64,000 nt of DNA, from positions 64,001 through 128,000 of the IMG/VR virus record IMGVR_UViG_3300023179_000011. The stretch is one strand, 5' to 3'. Source of the DNA: a virus. The position numbers and the translations under genes are program-made. The notes below the pieces were generated by a model. It had not been told where the DNA came from. It saw nothing but the letters and a program-made list of their open reading frames with translations, and did no database searches. Numbering within the stretch: the stretch's first letter is position 1; each line of letters opens with the position of its first letter. Below are positions 47,184 to 56,216 of this stretch, piece by piece.

Positions 47184-50066
47184 TCAGGGGCGCGGGATGA
47201 TGGGGTAGTTGCCGTTAATGATCTTGGGCGTGTTGGATTTGAATTCGGGCTCCTTGTACTCTGCCGCAAGGCCGGGCGCTTCGTTGCGCCGTTTGTCGAT
47301 GTAGCCGCCCTCGTTCTGTACAATTTTCAAATCCTGCTCGACATAAGCGGGTTCTGAGTTAAGCCACTTGTCGCCGGGGAACGGCCATGTCGGCCCGCAG
47401 GTTTTTGCGCTAACAGGTCGCTCTGTCCATTTCTCTGTGCTCTTACCGCCGATTCGCGCCATCTGCTGCCATCGGTCTTCATACAACATGAAATCTGGAA
47501 TCTTGTAGTCGTCGTCGCGCCGAAACGAGAATTCAATTTTGTTGATTGTGTCATCGTTGCCGGCGCGTTTTTCTTTGTACCACAACTCTTGCAGCAGCTT
47601 CTCGTCGATGTCGTCACCAACCTGCGGAATGTCGTTGTCGATGAGCTGCTTGAAAATATCAATCGCCGCACGCACCTGTCCCTGACAATCTCCGTCGCAC
47701 GGACCGACGAATATTGCGCCGCGCGCGGCTTGCTCGGTAAGAATGTGGCCCTTTGATACAAGCACGCTGCCGTTGCACAGTACATTCCCGTCGCAAAAGA
47801 TGTCGCCGTCTGTGCCGATGGGCCCGCAAAGCAACGTCTGCTCAGATCGGAACATATTCGCTTTGTTTGTTCCACCGACCTTTTGCCCACCAAAGAAGTG
47901 GTAAACCTCGCCAGCTTCTTTTAGGTAGTTAAACAAATTGTTCGATTTGGTGACAATGTCTTTTGAGCCCGTAGACGCGTCGATCACGATGTCGCCCGGT
48001 TTAATGTCGCCGCCGCCCGTGCGCAAATAAATTTGATGCGCCAGCCCCACCACGTTTGAATAGGGAGCGCGCGCAACGACACCGGCAAACTTAATTTCAT
48101 CACCGCACTGCTCGAAGTCGTATTCGATTGTCTTCCCGCGCGACTCAAGCAAAATGCCGCCTTCTCGATCAGACGTTTCGTTACCGGCAAACACGAGAAC
48201 GTTGCGCTCGGCTTTGATGCGCACGTTCTTTTCGGTTGCAGAAATGTCTACCGACTTGTTTGAGCGCAGAATCACATCGTTACCGCCCCACGCCTGAACG
48301 TCTCGGCCGCCCTTGAGCCACACGTCGCCCGGAGCCGAGATGATTACACAACCCGCCACCATGCGGATCTCGCCACCGTATCCGTCACCAATTACCACGC
48401 CGCCGTCTTCTAGCAGTGAGATATACGACTCCTGCTCGTAGAATTTTTGTTCGTTATACCGGTGATCAATTTTCCACTCTTTAGGCGTCGGTTCTTTGAG
48501 GTACATCGAACCTTTGAGCTGGTCGAACTCGGGGATTTTTTGATTAACGTCGGCGTAGCCTTCACTTTTCAGATCTTGTTCTTCCCACGTCTTGTAGTCC
48601 TTAGCGTGCCAGTAAAACGGGTGCAGTCCGGCGTAATTAAACAGGTACCCGTGTAGATCGAGAACAGCCGTGGCGCGCTGCATGTTCGGCCACTTGCTGT
48701 CGGTGGTTTTGATATCACCGGTAATCTTGTGCTCTGGGCCGCTACCGTATTTACTGGCCGCTTTGTAATTGCGCTCTGTGTCGTCACCTTCGCCAGACTC
48801 GGGTCTGCGGAGACGTTGCGGCATGGGCAGTAGAATGCGTTTAGATAACACAATGCCCTTGGACGACGTAATGAATCGGCGGCCGTCTAGTGCTGTGTTA
48901 TCTTCTTGTAGGCCGTAAACAGGTTTTTCGTCGTGGTCTTTGGTTTTTTCACCGCCGCCACAATCAGGTGAAAAACCGTCTTTACCTTGAATACTGGACT
49001 CGTACGGTTTGATCGCTGCGCCGGCGCTCCCGGGTTTGTACGTCCATCGCTGTACACCTTTCGGCGGCGCGTGCGTAATGGTGCGAGAACCTTGCCCTAA
49101 ATAACCAAAGAATTTTTGCGTGCGGTGATATGGCTGTTGAAACTCGTTTTTATTTTCCCAGTGCGAGTAATAAGGCACGCCAAGCGGGCACTGATAATCT
49201 TTTGGTTGAAATTCCTGCACCATAGGCAGGCCGGGTTCGATCATGCCGGCCGCTTCCCACGGATACGGCGAATATCCGGTACTATCGTTGCACTCCGCCT
49301 GATCCATATAGGCGTCGCGCTCGCTGCCGGCTGTCCAAACCTGCATGTTGTAACCGGCTACGCGCAGCATCTGGTCGTGGTAGAACCCGTAAATCCCGCA
49401 AAACTCGTTAACCGATGCGCGCAGCATGAAGTCATCAACAGAAATGCCGATACCCGTGGTTGATACTGCGCCCCACTCACTCGCAAGTGTCGCGTCCCAA
49501 GGGCGCCAACACGACCAGTCAACCATCTGCCCGTTGAGCTTTTCCTTGATGTACTTCTTGTGGCAGTCATCTACGCGTTTGCGGCTAGCCTGCGAGATAT
49601 AATCGTGATAGGCGCGCGTGCCGATATCTAAAACGCTCGGCACACAACCGACGATATACGCCTGCCCAAGCCGGTCGTGAATCATGACGACAACGGGTGT
49701 ACCGGGAGCGTACGTGTTAATAGCAGACGCGCCGAAACACACCTGACTTGTCGTAGACAGGGCTGCTGCGATAATTGGCGCCCGAGACTTCTCTACAAAA
49801 ACTTTGTAGCAGTTAGCGATCGCCGTGCCGTCGACAATCAAACCGGTGCACAGGCGCCCGGTGTCCTGAAAGCCGGCTTTGTAGCCGTGCAGTTTAGAGA
49901 AGGGGTCGGCTACCGCCTGCACCTGCGAGCCGTAAGCCGCCGTTCCGGTGCGGGTAGCTAACTGTTTTTGCGCAACAAGCCGGGCAGCAGACGCAAGATC
50001 GTAGGAGTGTTGTTGCCCAGTTTGTGGTGTATTACTGACCGGTTTACCCGGCGGGGTAACGCCCAT
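47184..50066 (-). CDS. Baseplate central spike (gp5/VgrG-like)
   Basis: N-terminal OB-fold-like YAPGTPVVVM...YIVGCVP; beta-helix repeats SYISLLEDGGVVI...VIISAPGDVWLKGGRDV...VRIKAERNV. Confidence 0.75.
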   Translation of the reverse strand: MGVTPPGKPVSNTPQTGQQHSYDLASAARLVAQKQLATRTGTAAYGSQVQAVADPFSKLHGYKAGFQDTGRLCTGLIVDGTAIANCYKVFVEKSRAPIIAAALSTTSQVCFGASAINTYAPGTPVVVMIHDRLGQAYIVGCVPSVLDIGTRAYHDYISQASRKRVDDCHKKYIKEKLNGQMVDWSCWRPWDATLASEWGAVSTTGIGISVDDFMLRASVNEFCGIYGFYHDQMLRVAGYNMQVWTAGSERDAYMDQAECNDSTGYSPYPWEAAGMIEPGLPMVQEFQPKDYQCPLGVPYYSHWENKNEFQQPYHRTQKFFGYLGQGSRTITHAPPKGVQRWTYKPGSAGAAIKPYESSIQGKDGFSPDCGGGEKTKDHDEKPVYGLQEDNTALDGRRFITSSKGIVLSKRILLPMPQRLRRPESGEGDDTERNYKAASKYGSGPEHKITGDIKTTDSKWPNMQRATAVLDLHGYLFNYAGLHPFYWHAKDYKTWEEQDLKSEGYADVNQKIPEFDQLKGSMYLKEPTPKEWKIDHRYNEQKFYEQESYISLLEDGGVVIGDGYGGEIRMVAGCVIISAPGDVWLKGGRDVQAWGGNDVILRSNKSVDISATEKNVRIKAERNVLVFAGNETSDREGGILLESRGKTIEYDFEQCGDEIKFAGVVARAPYSNVVGLAHQIYLRTGGGDIKPGDIVIDASTGSKDIVTKSNNLFNYLKEAGEVYHFFGGQKVGGTNKANMFRSEQTLLCGPIGTDGDIFCDGNVLCNGSVLVSKGHILTEQAARGAIFVGPCDGDCQGQVRAAIDIFKQLIDNDIPQVGDDIDEKLLQELWYKEKRAGNDDTINKIEFSFRRDDDYKIPDFMLYEDRWQQMARIGGKSTEKWTERPVSAKTCGPTWPFPGDKWLNSEPAYVEQDLKIVQNEGGYIDKRRNEAPGLAAEYKEPEFKSNTPKIINGNYPIIPRP

Positions 50067-50129
50067 TTTTATGCCACCAAATAGGTGTGGTTACGGGCAT
50101 TACGCCCAAGGCTTTACAGCCTAATACCA

Positions 50130-50164
50130 TAAGCGGCGGTTGGTTTTTACGCAACCGCCGCTTA
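50130..50164 (-). terminator. 13-bp stem-loop downstream of the tail tube gene (terminator or stabiliser)
   Basis: TAAGCGGCGGTTG / CAACCGCCGCTTA; U-tract is weak. Confidence 0.6.
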
Positions 50165-50191
50165 CTCAACTACCGATATTACCGCCTAAAA

Positions 50192-50635
50192 TCAATCGTC
50201 TTCAAGGTCTGAGAAGATGAAGCCGAGATTTTCAGTCAGCACGATTTCCTGCGCTGTAATGCTCGCGCCAATCGACGTGAGCGTCGCGTCAAGCATCGTG
50301 TACGTGCGCTTGGCCTGCGAGCACTTCTGGCCGCCACGACCAGTAGCTTTCAGCACCAGCGTATCCGGCTGACACATGTTGCCGAACTTTGTAATGAGCT
50401 GACGCATGCTGGAGTTGCCACCAACAACGCGACTCATCTGGCACTGACCCTGCCGGCGGTTACCGACATAGTACACGTTATTCGACCCGATCTCGTACAG
50501 CATGTTCACGGTGCGGTTGCACGTGAATTGAACCTGCTGCACCAGCACCGCCTTCTGTCCGCCGAGCGTAAGTTCTAGGTCTTCCGCGCGGAACGAACCG
50601 ACGTGCGTCTGCTTATTTCCGAAACTAGCTGGCAT
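50192..50635 (-). CDS. Tail tube protein
   Basis: 147 aa directly after the sheath; LVQQVQFT.NR....LYEIGS...YYV.....G...M.RVVG. Confidence 0.85.
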   Translation of the reverse strand: MPASFGNKQTHVGSFRAEDLELTLGGQKAVLVQQVQFTCNRTVNMLYEIGSNNVYYVGNRRQGQCQMSRVVGGNSSMRQLITKFGNMCQPDTLVLKATGRGGQKCSQAKRTYTMLDATLTSIGASITAQEIVLTENLGFIFSDLEDD

Positions 50636-50687
50636 AGCTCACCTTAACCTTTGTTGTTGGTGTGTACTTTAACTTTGGTCAATTACG

Positions 50688-53600
50688 TCAGACAACTAAG
50701 TGCAGCTCAATGTTATTGAGCGGCGCCGGAACAACAAGGTCGAGCACGATTTCGATGCGGTCCTTGAGCAGAGGATGAATCTGCAGGGTACGGATCTCAC
50801 CAGAAATCAGCTGCGAGCCGAGTTCTTCTGTAGTGCCATTAGTCGAGAGGAAGTTAATCACACTCTTCACTTGGTACTCAAGAACCGAAAGCATGCCCGG
50901 CTGCGCGTTTGTGCGGCCGATGTACGGACGCAGGCGGCGATAGAACAGGTACGACATGCTGTCAACGTTACGACGAATCATTTCTTCGCGGCGGTTCAGA
51001 TCGAGGTTGTCGGTCGTGAGCGCGTGCCGCGTGTGCGGGGTGCCGTCACGATCTTCAGTCACAATCCAGACGCCAGCTTCAGCCATACGGTTCAACTGCG
51101 TTTCGTTGAGGTACTTGTAGGACCGCGAGAAGTCATCGAAACCAGCGACCTCGACGTTTGTCAGCGGCTGGTGCGGCACCACGCCGCTCACGAGGCCCGC
51201 GAGGGCCGCCGCGAGATAGTAACCGGGCTGGATCGTACCGGCTTCGCCGACCTGATCCGGCCACACAGCGCACACACGCCGGTTCGAGAGCGAACCACCT
51301 TGCTGCGCAATGTCTTCGACAATTTCGTTGCGGTTGCGGTTGTGCCAGATCTCGACGCGCTGCGGAACTGTTACCGCGGCGTCGGCGCCGGAGTACAGCA
51401 GCAGAGTCGATTCAGACACCACCTGATCAACGACATACTCTTCGTACTGCTCTTCGCCGAAGCCGTCTACGGCGTAGTTATAACGCACGATGTCGCCGGG
51501 GCGGACGTCATTTGTGATAAAGTAGCCGTTGCCCGACGTAACGGTAAGCCGCGTGTACTGCGTGTTCGTGGCGTTCGGATCGTCGGAGAGCGTAGCAAGA
51601 ACCGGCTCGTTTACCGTTTCGCCAAGCACACCTTTGATATTGACGCCTTCACCAACAACCTTTATAGTCGGCACCGCCTTGAGGGCGAAGAAGCCGGCCT
51701 TCCAGTTGTTCGCGTACTCGTTCGACTCGGCGCCGATGTGCGCAGCCCACAGGTTTTGCACCCAGCGGTCAAACGTCATCGGAACGAGGTTGTACAGGTC
51801 GTCGCGGCCCTTAAGCCGCTCAAGCACCTGCGTCCACTTGTCGAGATCCGGGCCGAGCGAACGACCGTCTTCGTCGTACTTCTCGGGATCGGCGACGGCG
51901 GTGTACTTTACAACGGTGCCGTTGCTGTTGCTGAGCGCCTTGTAAACGCCCCACTTCAGCGGGTTATCGGGATCGAGCTGGCCCTTGATTTGATCGAGAT
52001 CGGCGACGTCGCTGATCGAGTTGACCTGATCGGCCAGCTCAGACAGCCACTCGCGATACTCGACGTAAACTTTGCCAGACATGACAGGCAGCGGTTGCTC
52101 GGCGCCGGCGCTTGTCCACTCGGGGTGGTAAGCAACGATGCCTTCTTGCACGCAGATCTGCGTGTCTTCGTACCAGAAGTTGGTCATCGGAGCGTATCCG
52201 ATCCGATTCTTCGAGATCTGGATATCGTCCTTGATGAACAGCTTGAGGTCCATGTCCTTGCCGCTGATCAGCTGGCAGGTCGCTGTGGCTGTGGTGCCCC
52301 CCTCGCTGCCCGGAGCGGCGATCGTGATGGTCGGGGCGGCGGTATAACCAGCGCCACGATTGGTCACGGTGATGGCAACAACCTTACCCGCGTTCTCACC
52401 TGTGCCGAGTACCGCAACACCTGTGGCAGTTTGATTCTGCACAAGGTTGCCTGTCGGCGCAGAGAACGTAACTGTCGGGGGCGTCACATAGCCGGAACCG
52501 GCGTTTGTGATGCTAACCGGACCAACCTTGTCGACCGGCGCGCCGTCTTGTGTGAGCAGCGAGGTCGGAAGGTCGTCGCGCAGGATGAGCTTGCGCACCG
52601 GACCAGCCTTGCTCGAATTCACTGTGATGTACCACTTGTCACCCTTGCGCAGGCCGTCAACAGCGTAGTTATCTGCTTGATCGGTCGCGCCGGTGAAGCG
52701 AACCTTTACGCCGTTAGTGCCGATCGCTACGCCGACCGCGTTGAGGCCAACGCCGTCGCCAGTCACCTCGGTCGGACCCGAGAAGTCTAGACCCTTGACG
52801 GTGCGCACGGTGATCTCAGGGAGCTGAGCCCACGTACCGCCCTTGGTGCACTCGATCACGTACGTGTCGTTCTTCGCGCCAACGTACTTGGCCAGAATGT
52901 CAACCGCGCCGTTGACGCCGTTCACAGACTCTTCGGTCTGGTAGGGGCCGTCGGCTTCCGATACCGCCTTGACCTTTTCATAGGTCTGGTGAATGTCGAA
53001 CTTCCACTTCTGGCCAACGACGAAGTTGTCGTTGCCGGTCGTGGTGAAACGCACCGACAGGCCGCGCGTGCCGACAAAGGTCACGCCGTCAGCATCGTCG
53101 AAATCGTTCGGCTGGATTTCAGCCTGATCGTCAGTGCCGCTGGCCGAAGTGACACGCAGACGGGCAGCGTTGCAACCCGAAATTGTGCTCTTGATAACTT
53201 CGACAACGTACTCTTCTTCAACGTAGCCGTCGACAAGGCCGTCGTAATCATTGGCGCCTTCGTCTTCGGCTGTCAGCACCGTGACCGCAACAGCGTTATC
53301 AACACCCTCGATCTGCGTGACGGTTACGTCAACGCCGTTCGGGCTGGTAGCTGTGTAGCTGTCTTGATTGTTAACGTCGGCTGTGGCGGGCAGGATGCGC
53401 GACGGAACAAGATCGCTCGCGAAACCTGTGACGTATGTCTCAAGCACGGTCTCTTCGCAATCGTTGTCCGCGCTTACAGTGCGAAGTTGCACAACGTCAC
53501 CGAGCTGCACGTCGCGGTCGAGGAACGCACTCGAACGCGGGTAAGCTGCGCCGTTTGACTTGAACGACAGCGTGCTGGACTGAATCCAGTTAGTCTTACC

Positions 53601-53915
53601 GGGAACAGCTGTGATCGTCGTGTCGCCTTCGTCCATGTTGTGGACGTAGTACTGCAGCATCGCGTCGTCAACGTAAACCTTTACATAAGGCAGGTCGACA
53701 ACGGAGCCGGGCTTACGTTGCGGCCACGGATAGCAGGTATCGTTGAGACGATCGTATTGACCAAGAAGCGAGTGCTGCTTCTCGTCTGTATTACCATAGC
53801 GGTGAAGGATAGCGTGCGGACCAGCGATGTGGGCGCGCAGCGGCTCCGTGATCTCCGTGGGGACGATACGGAACTCTTGGAAAACGAGTACTTGCGGTTT
53901 TACGTAGCTCGACAT
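50688..53915 (-). CDS. Tail sheath protein
   Basis: N-terminal YVKPQVLVFQEF; C-terminal A.LAG..SG...HQPLTN...LN.MAEAGVWIV...RHALTT...E....R..D and L...APLN.I. Confidence 0.9.
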   Translation of the reverse strand: MSSYVKPQVLVFQEFRIVPTEITEPLRAHIAGPHAILHRYGNTDEKQHSLLGQYDRLNDTCYPWPQRKPGSVVDLPYVKVYVDDAMLQYYVHNMDEGDTTITAVPGKTNWIQSSTLSFKSNGAAYPRSSAFLDRDVQLGDVVQLRTVSADNDCEETVLETYVTGFASDLVPSRILPATADVNNQDSYTATSPNGVDVTVTQIEGVDNAVAVTVLTAEDEGANDYDGLVDGYVEEEYVVEVIKSTISGCNAARLRVTSASGTDDQAEIQPNDFDDADGVTFVGTRGLSVRFTTTGNDNFVVGQKWKFDIHQTYEKVKAVSEADGPYQTEESVNGVNGAVDILAKYVGAKNDTYVIECTKGGTWAQLPEITVRTVKGLDFSGPTEVTGDGVGLNAVGVAIGTNGVKVRFTGATDQADNYAVDGLRKGDKWYITVNSSKAGPVRKLILRDDLPTSLLTQDGAPVDKVGPVSITNAGSGYVTPPTVTFSAPTGNLVQNQTATGVAVLGTGENAGKVVAITVTNRGAGYTAAPTITIAAPGSEGGTTATATCQLISGKDMDLKLFIKDDIQISKNRIGYAPMTNFWYEDTQICVQEGIVAYHPEWTSAGAEQPLPVMSGKVYVEYREWLSELADQVNSISDVADLDQIKGQLDPDNPLKWGVYKALSNSNGTVVKYTAVADPEKYDEDGRSLGPDLDKWTQVLERLKGRDDLYNLVPMTFDRWVQNLWAAHIGAESNEYANNWKAGFFALKAVPTIKVVGEGVNIKGVLGETVNEPVLATLSDDPNATNTQYTRLTVTSGNGYFITNDVRPGDIVRYNYAVDGFGEEQYEEYVVDQVVSESTLLLYSGADAAVTVPQRVEIWHNRNRNEIVEDIAQQGGSLSNRRVCAVWPDQVGEAGTIQPGYYLAAALAGLVSGVVPHQPLTNVEVAGFDDFSRSYKYLNETQLNRMAEAGVWIVTEDRDGTPHTRHALTTDNLDLNRREEMIRRNVDSMSYLFYRRLRPYIGRTNAQPGMLSVLEYQVKSVINFLSTNGTTEELGSQLISGEIRTLQIHPLLKDRIEIVLDLVVPAPLNNIELHLVV

Positions 53916-53922
53916 ACGTCTC

Positions 53923-53934
53923 GGCCTCCGTGCC
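53923..53934 (-). promoter_or_regulatory. Putative CsrA operator hairpin over the sheath RBS
   Basis: mRNA GGC-ACGGAG-GCC, 7 nt before AUG. Confidence 0.6.
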
Positions 53935-54016
53935 TAAATTTACGTGTGTGCGGTAGGGCGTTCAGGTCGTAGTATACACAACTACGGGTTTGCAAAAAAA
54001 CACCCTTTGAAAATTC

Positions 54017-54727
54017 TTAACAAGACAATAAATCCGATGCCTTGAAGACAATCCGCTTTAGGCGCGGCGCATACGGCTGGAGCGACCAAGCTTCCTCGGC
54101 AACGTATGCAACAGTCACAGGGACGGCATATCCCTGAGCGACCTCTTGAACTTCTCCTATGCCGCCTACTTCGGCGACGTAAAAGCGAAACAAATCCATT
54201 TGCTCTCGGATCAGCGGCGAGAAGTTGATTAAAAACTTCAACACCTCTGTCGCGAGAAATTCGGTTTCAGCGCCGGCAGAACTTAGGCAGTATATGGTGT
54301 GGCTGCCTTCCCACATGCCGGCGTAACTTACTTCTCCAGTATAGAGGTTTGCGCCTGCAATGTCACCAATAGTTTGTTTTTGCCAGCGCCACCCATTTCG
54401 TTTAATAAGTATGGCCGGCCGTTTGTCCGCCGTGTTGGGCGACCACCGGGTAATACTTTCTATCAAAATACCGCCTTTGTTGTCACCGGCGTCGGCTGGG
54501 CGCCACGCGCCGAGCGTTTCTATATGCCGGCGAATACGCGGTTCCTCTATGTTTTCAGGGTCGGCGAAGTGCCCCATTAACAACTGCCGTAAAAAACCGG
54601 TCATGACGTGCGGACGCATTCCGTACGAACAAAGTGCGCTAACTTTGTCGACGCGGTTTTCTGGTTTACTGCCGGCAGGAAATTGCGCTTCAATTTCCGG
54701 CGGATTCGGATCGTCGCAAATACTCAC
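54017..54727 (-). CDS. Tail terminator/completion-like neck protein
   Basis: Lies between neck and sheath; RPAILIKRNGWRW and HTIYCLS...AETE motifs. Confidence 0.55.
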   Translation of the reverse strand: MSICDDPNPPEIEAQFPAGSKPENRVDKVSALCSYGMRPHVMTGFLRQLLMGHFADPENIEEPRIRRHIETLGAWRPADAGDNKGGILIESITRWSPNTADKRPAILIKRNGWRWQKQTIGDIAGANLYTGEVSYAGMWEGSHTIYCLSSAGAETEFLATEVLKFLINFSPLIREQMDLFRFYVAEVGGIGEVQEVAQGYAVPVTVAYVAEEAWSLQPYAPRLKRIVFKASDLLSC

Positions 54728-54842
54728 TGAACTGTTCCTTTAATTTTTGGTCGTAAACCTTGGCGGGAGCTGACAAACTTATTTTCGGAGGCAGTAACCG
54801 AATTTTGTCGAGTTTCGGTTCGGCTGGATTTTTACGCGCCAT
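54690..54842 (-). CDS. Possible 50-aa small protein
   Basis: ATG overlaps the upstream TAA (TAATG): MARKNPAEPKLDKIRLLPP...; fills an otherwise empty gap; below the track cutoff. Confidence 0.35.
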   Translation of the reverse strand: MARKNPAEPKLDKIRLLPPKISLSAPAKVYDQKLKEQFSEYLRRSESAGN

Positions 54843-56164
54843 TAGATGTCCCAAAAATTATCGGGAGCGCGTTGTTGCGCTGCCGGAGGATTGTTGTCGC
54901 ATATCTTAAATTCGTCCGCGGTCGTCAGTGTTTTGCCGTCTTCGGTCGCAAGCTGAAAACCGTCGCCGTCGGCTTCCGGCGCCACGATCGGCAATGTTGG
55001 GGCCCACGTGCACAGTTGCGGTTCGCCGACGCTGACCACATTAACAAAATCGACGTCTGGGCCGTACTCACCTAACTTCTCGTATACGATAGCATAATCA
55101 CCGGGGTCGAGCGCGATTGATTGCACCCACCGCCCGTTAGCAGTTGTGGATGTAACACCCAGCGCAAGGTTTTTTGGCGTATCAAACCCACTGACGTCAA
55201 ACACGTCTTTTGCATAAATATGAATAGTCGCGCCTTGAATCGGGCAGCCGTCTTCGGTTTTGTAAACAAACCTATCGTTACCGCCATAGTTTTGATCTAC
55301 CGGTACGGCGCCGCAGCCCTCAATCGGCAAAGTTGGTCCGACGCGCTCCGCAGGTTCTCCCCCGACCTCAATCGCATACGCCGTATTGCTGAACGGCAAC
55401 AGGCCCATTTTAATCTGATAGACAAGCGGCACGTTACGAATAGCGGCGGCAATCTGAATTGTTTCTACCAGCCAGCGTTCGTCGCTAGAACCGTTGACCC
55501 AGATGTCGTTTTTATTAATAGCCGGAAAACCTATAACACGCGCCGTGATATACGGGTTTTCTCGCGTTATGCCTTTTAATTGCGCGTCGACGCCTTCCTG
55601 AATCGTTTGCGTCGATAAGTCCCAACACTGCAGCGATAGCGGCGGGTGATAACCTACCTCAAAACCCGTGCCATTACAGACAGGACAATCAGAATCAAGA
55701 ACTTCTTGTGTTAATTGATCGCGGCAACGTGTGCACGGTTTTCCGAAACGAAACGGTTTTACTAGATAACCCGGCACAGCAACGTACTTAAACCGCAGCT
55801 GCTCTTTGCGGATAATCTCGCGAGCGATAACCCAGTCTTTTTCTGGAAGATCGCCGTAGCAGTTGGCGGCCTGTGAAACGTAAACACTAGTCGGCGTCGT
55901 TAAAACAACGCGATAATGATCAAGCAGGTCGTAGCCGGTTTCGCGCCATTCGGGGTCGTAGGCGTTGTAGCCGTTTAATACGGGCGGGCCAATGTTAACC
56001 CAGTCGACCGCGTCTCGAAGCCCGGTTTTGCCAAGCTGAAGTTGAAAAACATACGGCCCCGGATCGTTAAACGTGCGTTCAAGCTGCCACCAAACACGCG
56101 TGGTGCCGCGAACCATATGATCCACGGACACGCGGCGAAATGGAAAAATGCGAGACTGTGGCAT
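54842..56164 (-). CDS. Head-closure/neck protein with Zn ribbon and a C-terminal transthyretin-like Ig domain
   Basis: PCTRCRD...CPVCNGTGF..GY; C-terminal G.PIQGATIHIY...T.ANG.W...LDPGDY.IVY.K.G. Confidence 0.65.
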   Translation of the reverse strand: MPQSRIFPFRRVSVDHMVRGTTRVWWQLERTFNDPGPYVFQLQLGKTGLRDAVDWVNIGPPVLNGYNAYDPEWRETGYDLLDHYRVVLTTPTSVYVSQAANCYGDLPEKDWVIAREIIRKEQLRFKYVAVPGYLVKPFRFGKPCTRCRDQLTQEVLDSDCPVCNGTGFEVGYHPPLSLQCWDLSTQTIQEGVDAQLKGITRENPYITARVIGFPAINKNDIWVNGSSDERWLVETIQIAAAIRNVPLVYQIKMGLLPFSNTAYAIEVGGEPAERVGPTLPIEGCGAVPVDQNYGGNDRFVYKTEDGCPIQGATIHIYAKDVFDVSGFDTPKNLALGVTSTTANGRWVQSIALDPGDYAIVYEKLGEYGPDVDFVNVVSVGEPQLCTWAPTLPIVAPEADGDGFQLATEDGKTLTTADEFKICDNNPPAAQQRAPDNFWDI

Positions 56165-56216
56165 TGATGTTTTGAGCGGTTTGACCTAAAAAACTTGTGT
56201 AAATGCCAACATTTTA

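Noticed and set aside
50700-52790. 696-aa plus-strand ORF antisense to the sheath (also 57895-59031 against the MCP and 52989-53558)
   Set aside because: Shadow ORFs produced by the strong C/G third-position bias of highly expressed genes; no RBS and no recognisable motifs.
34596-53915. Extracellular contractile injection system or T6SS interpretation
   Set aside because: Capsid, decoration, prohead protease, neck and terminase genes are present, so this is a phage tail.
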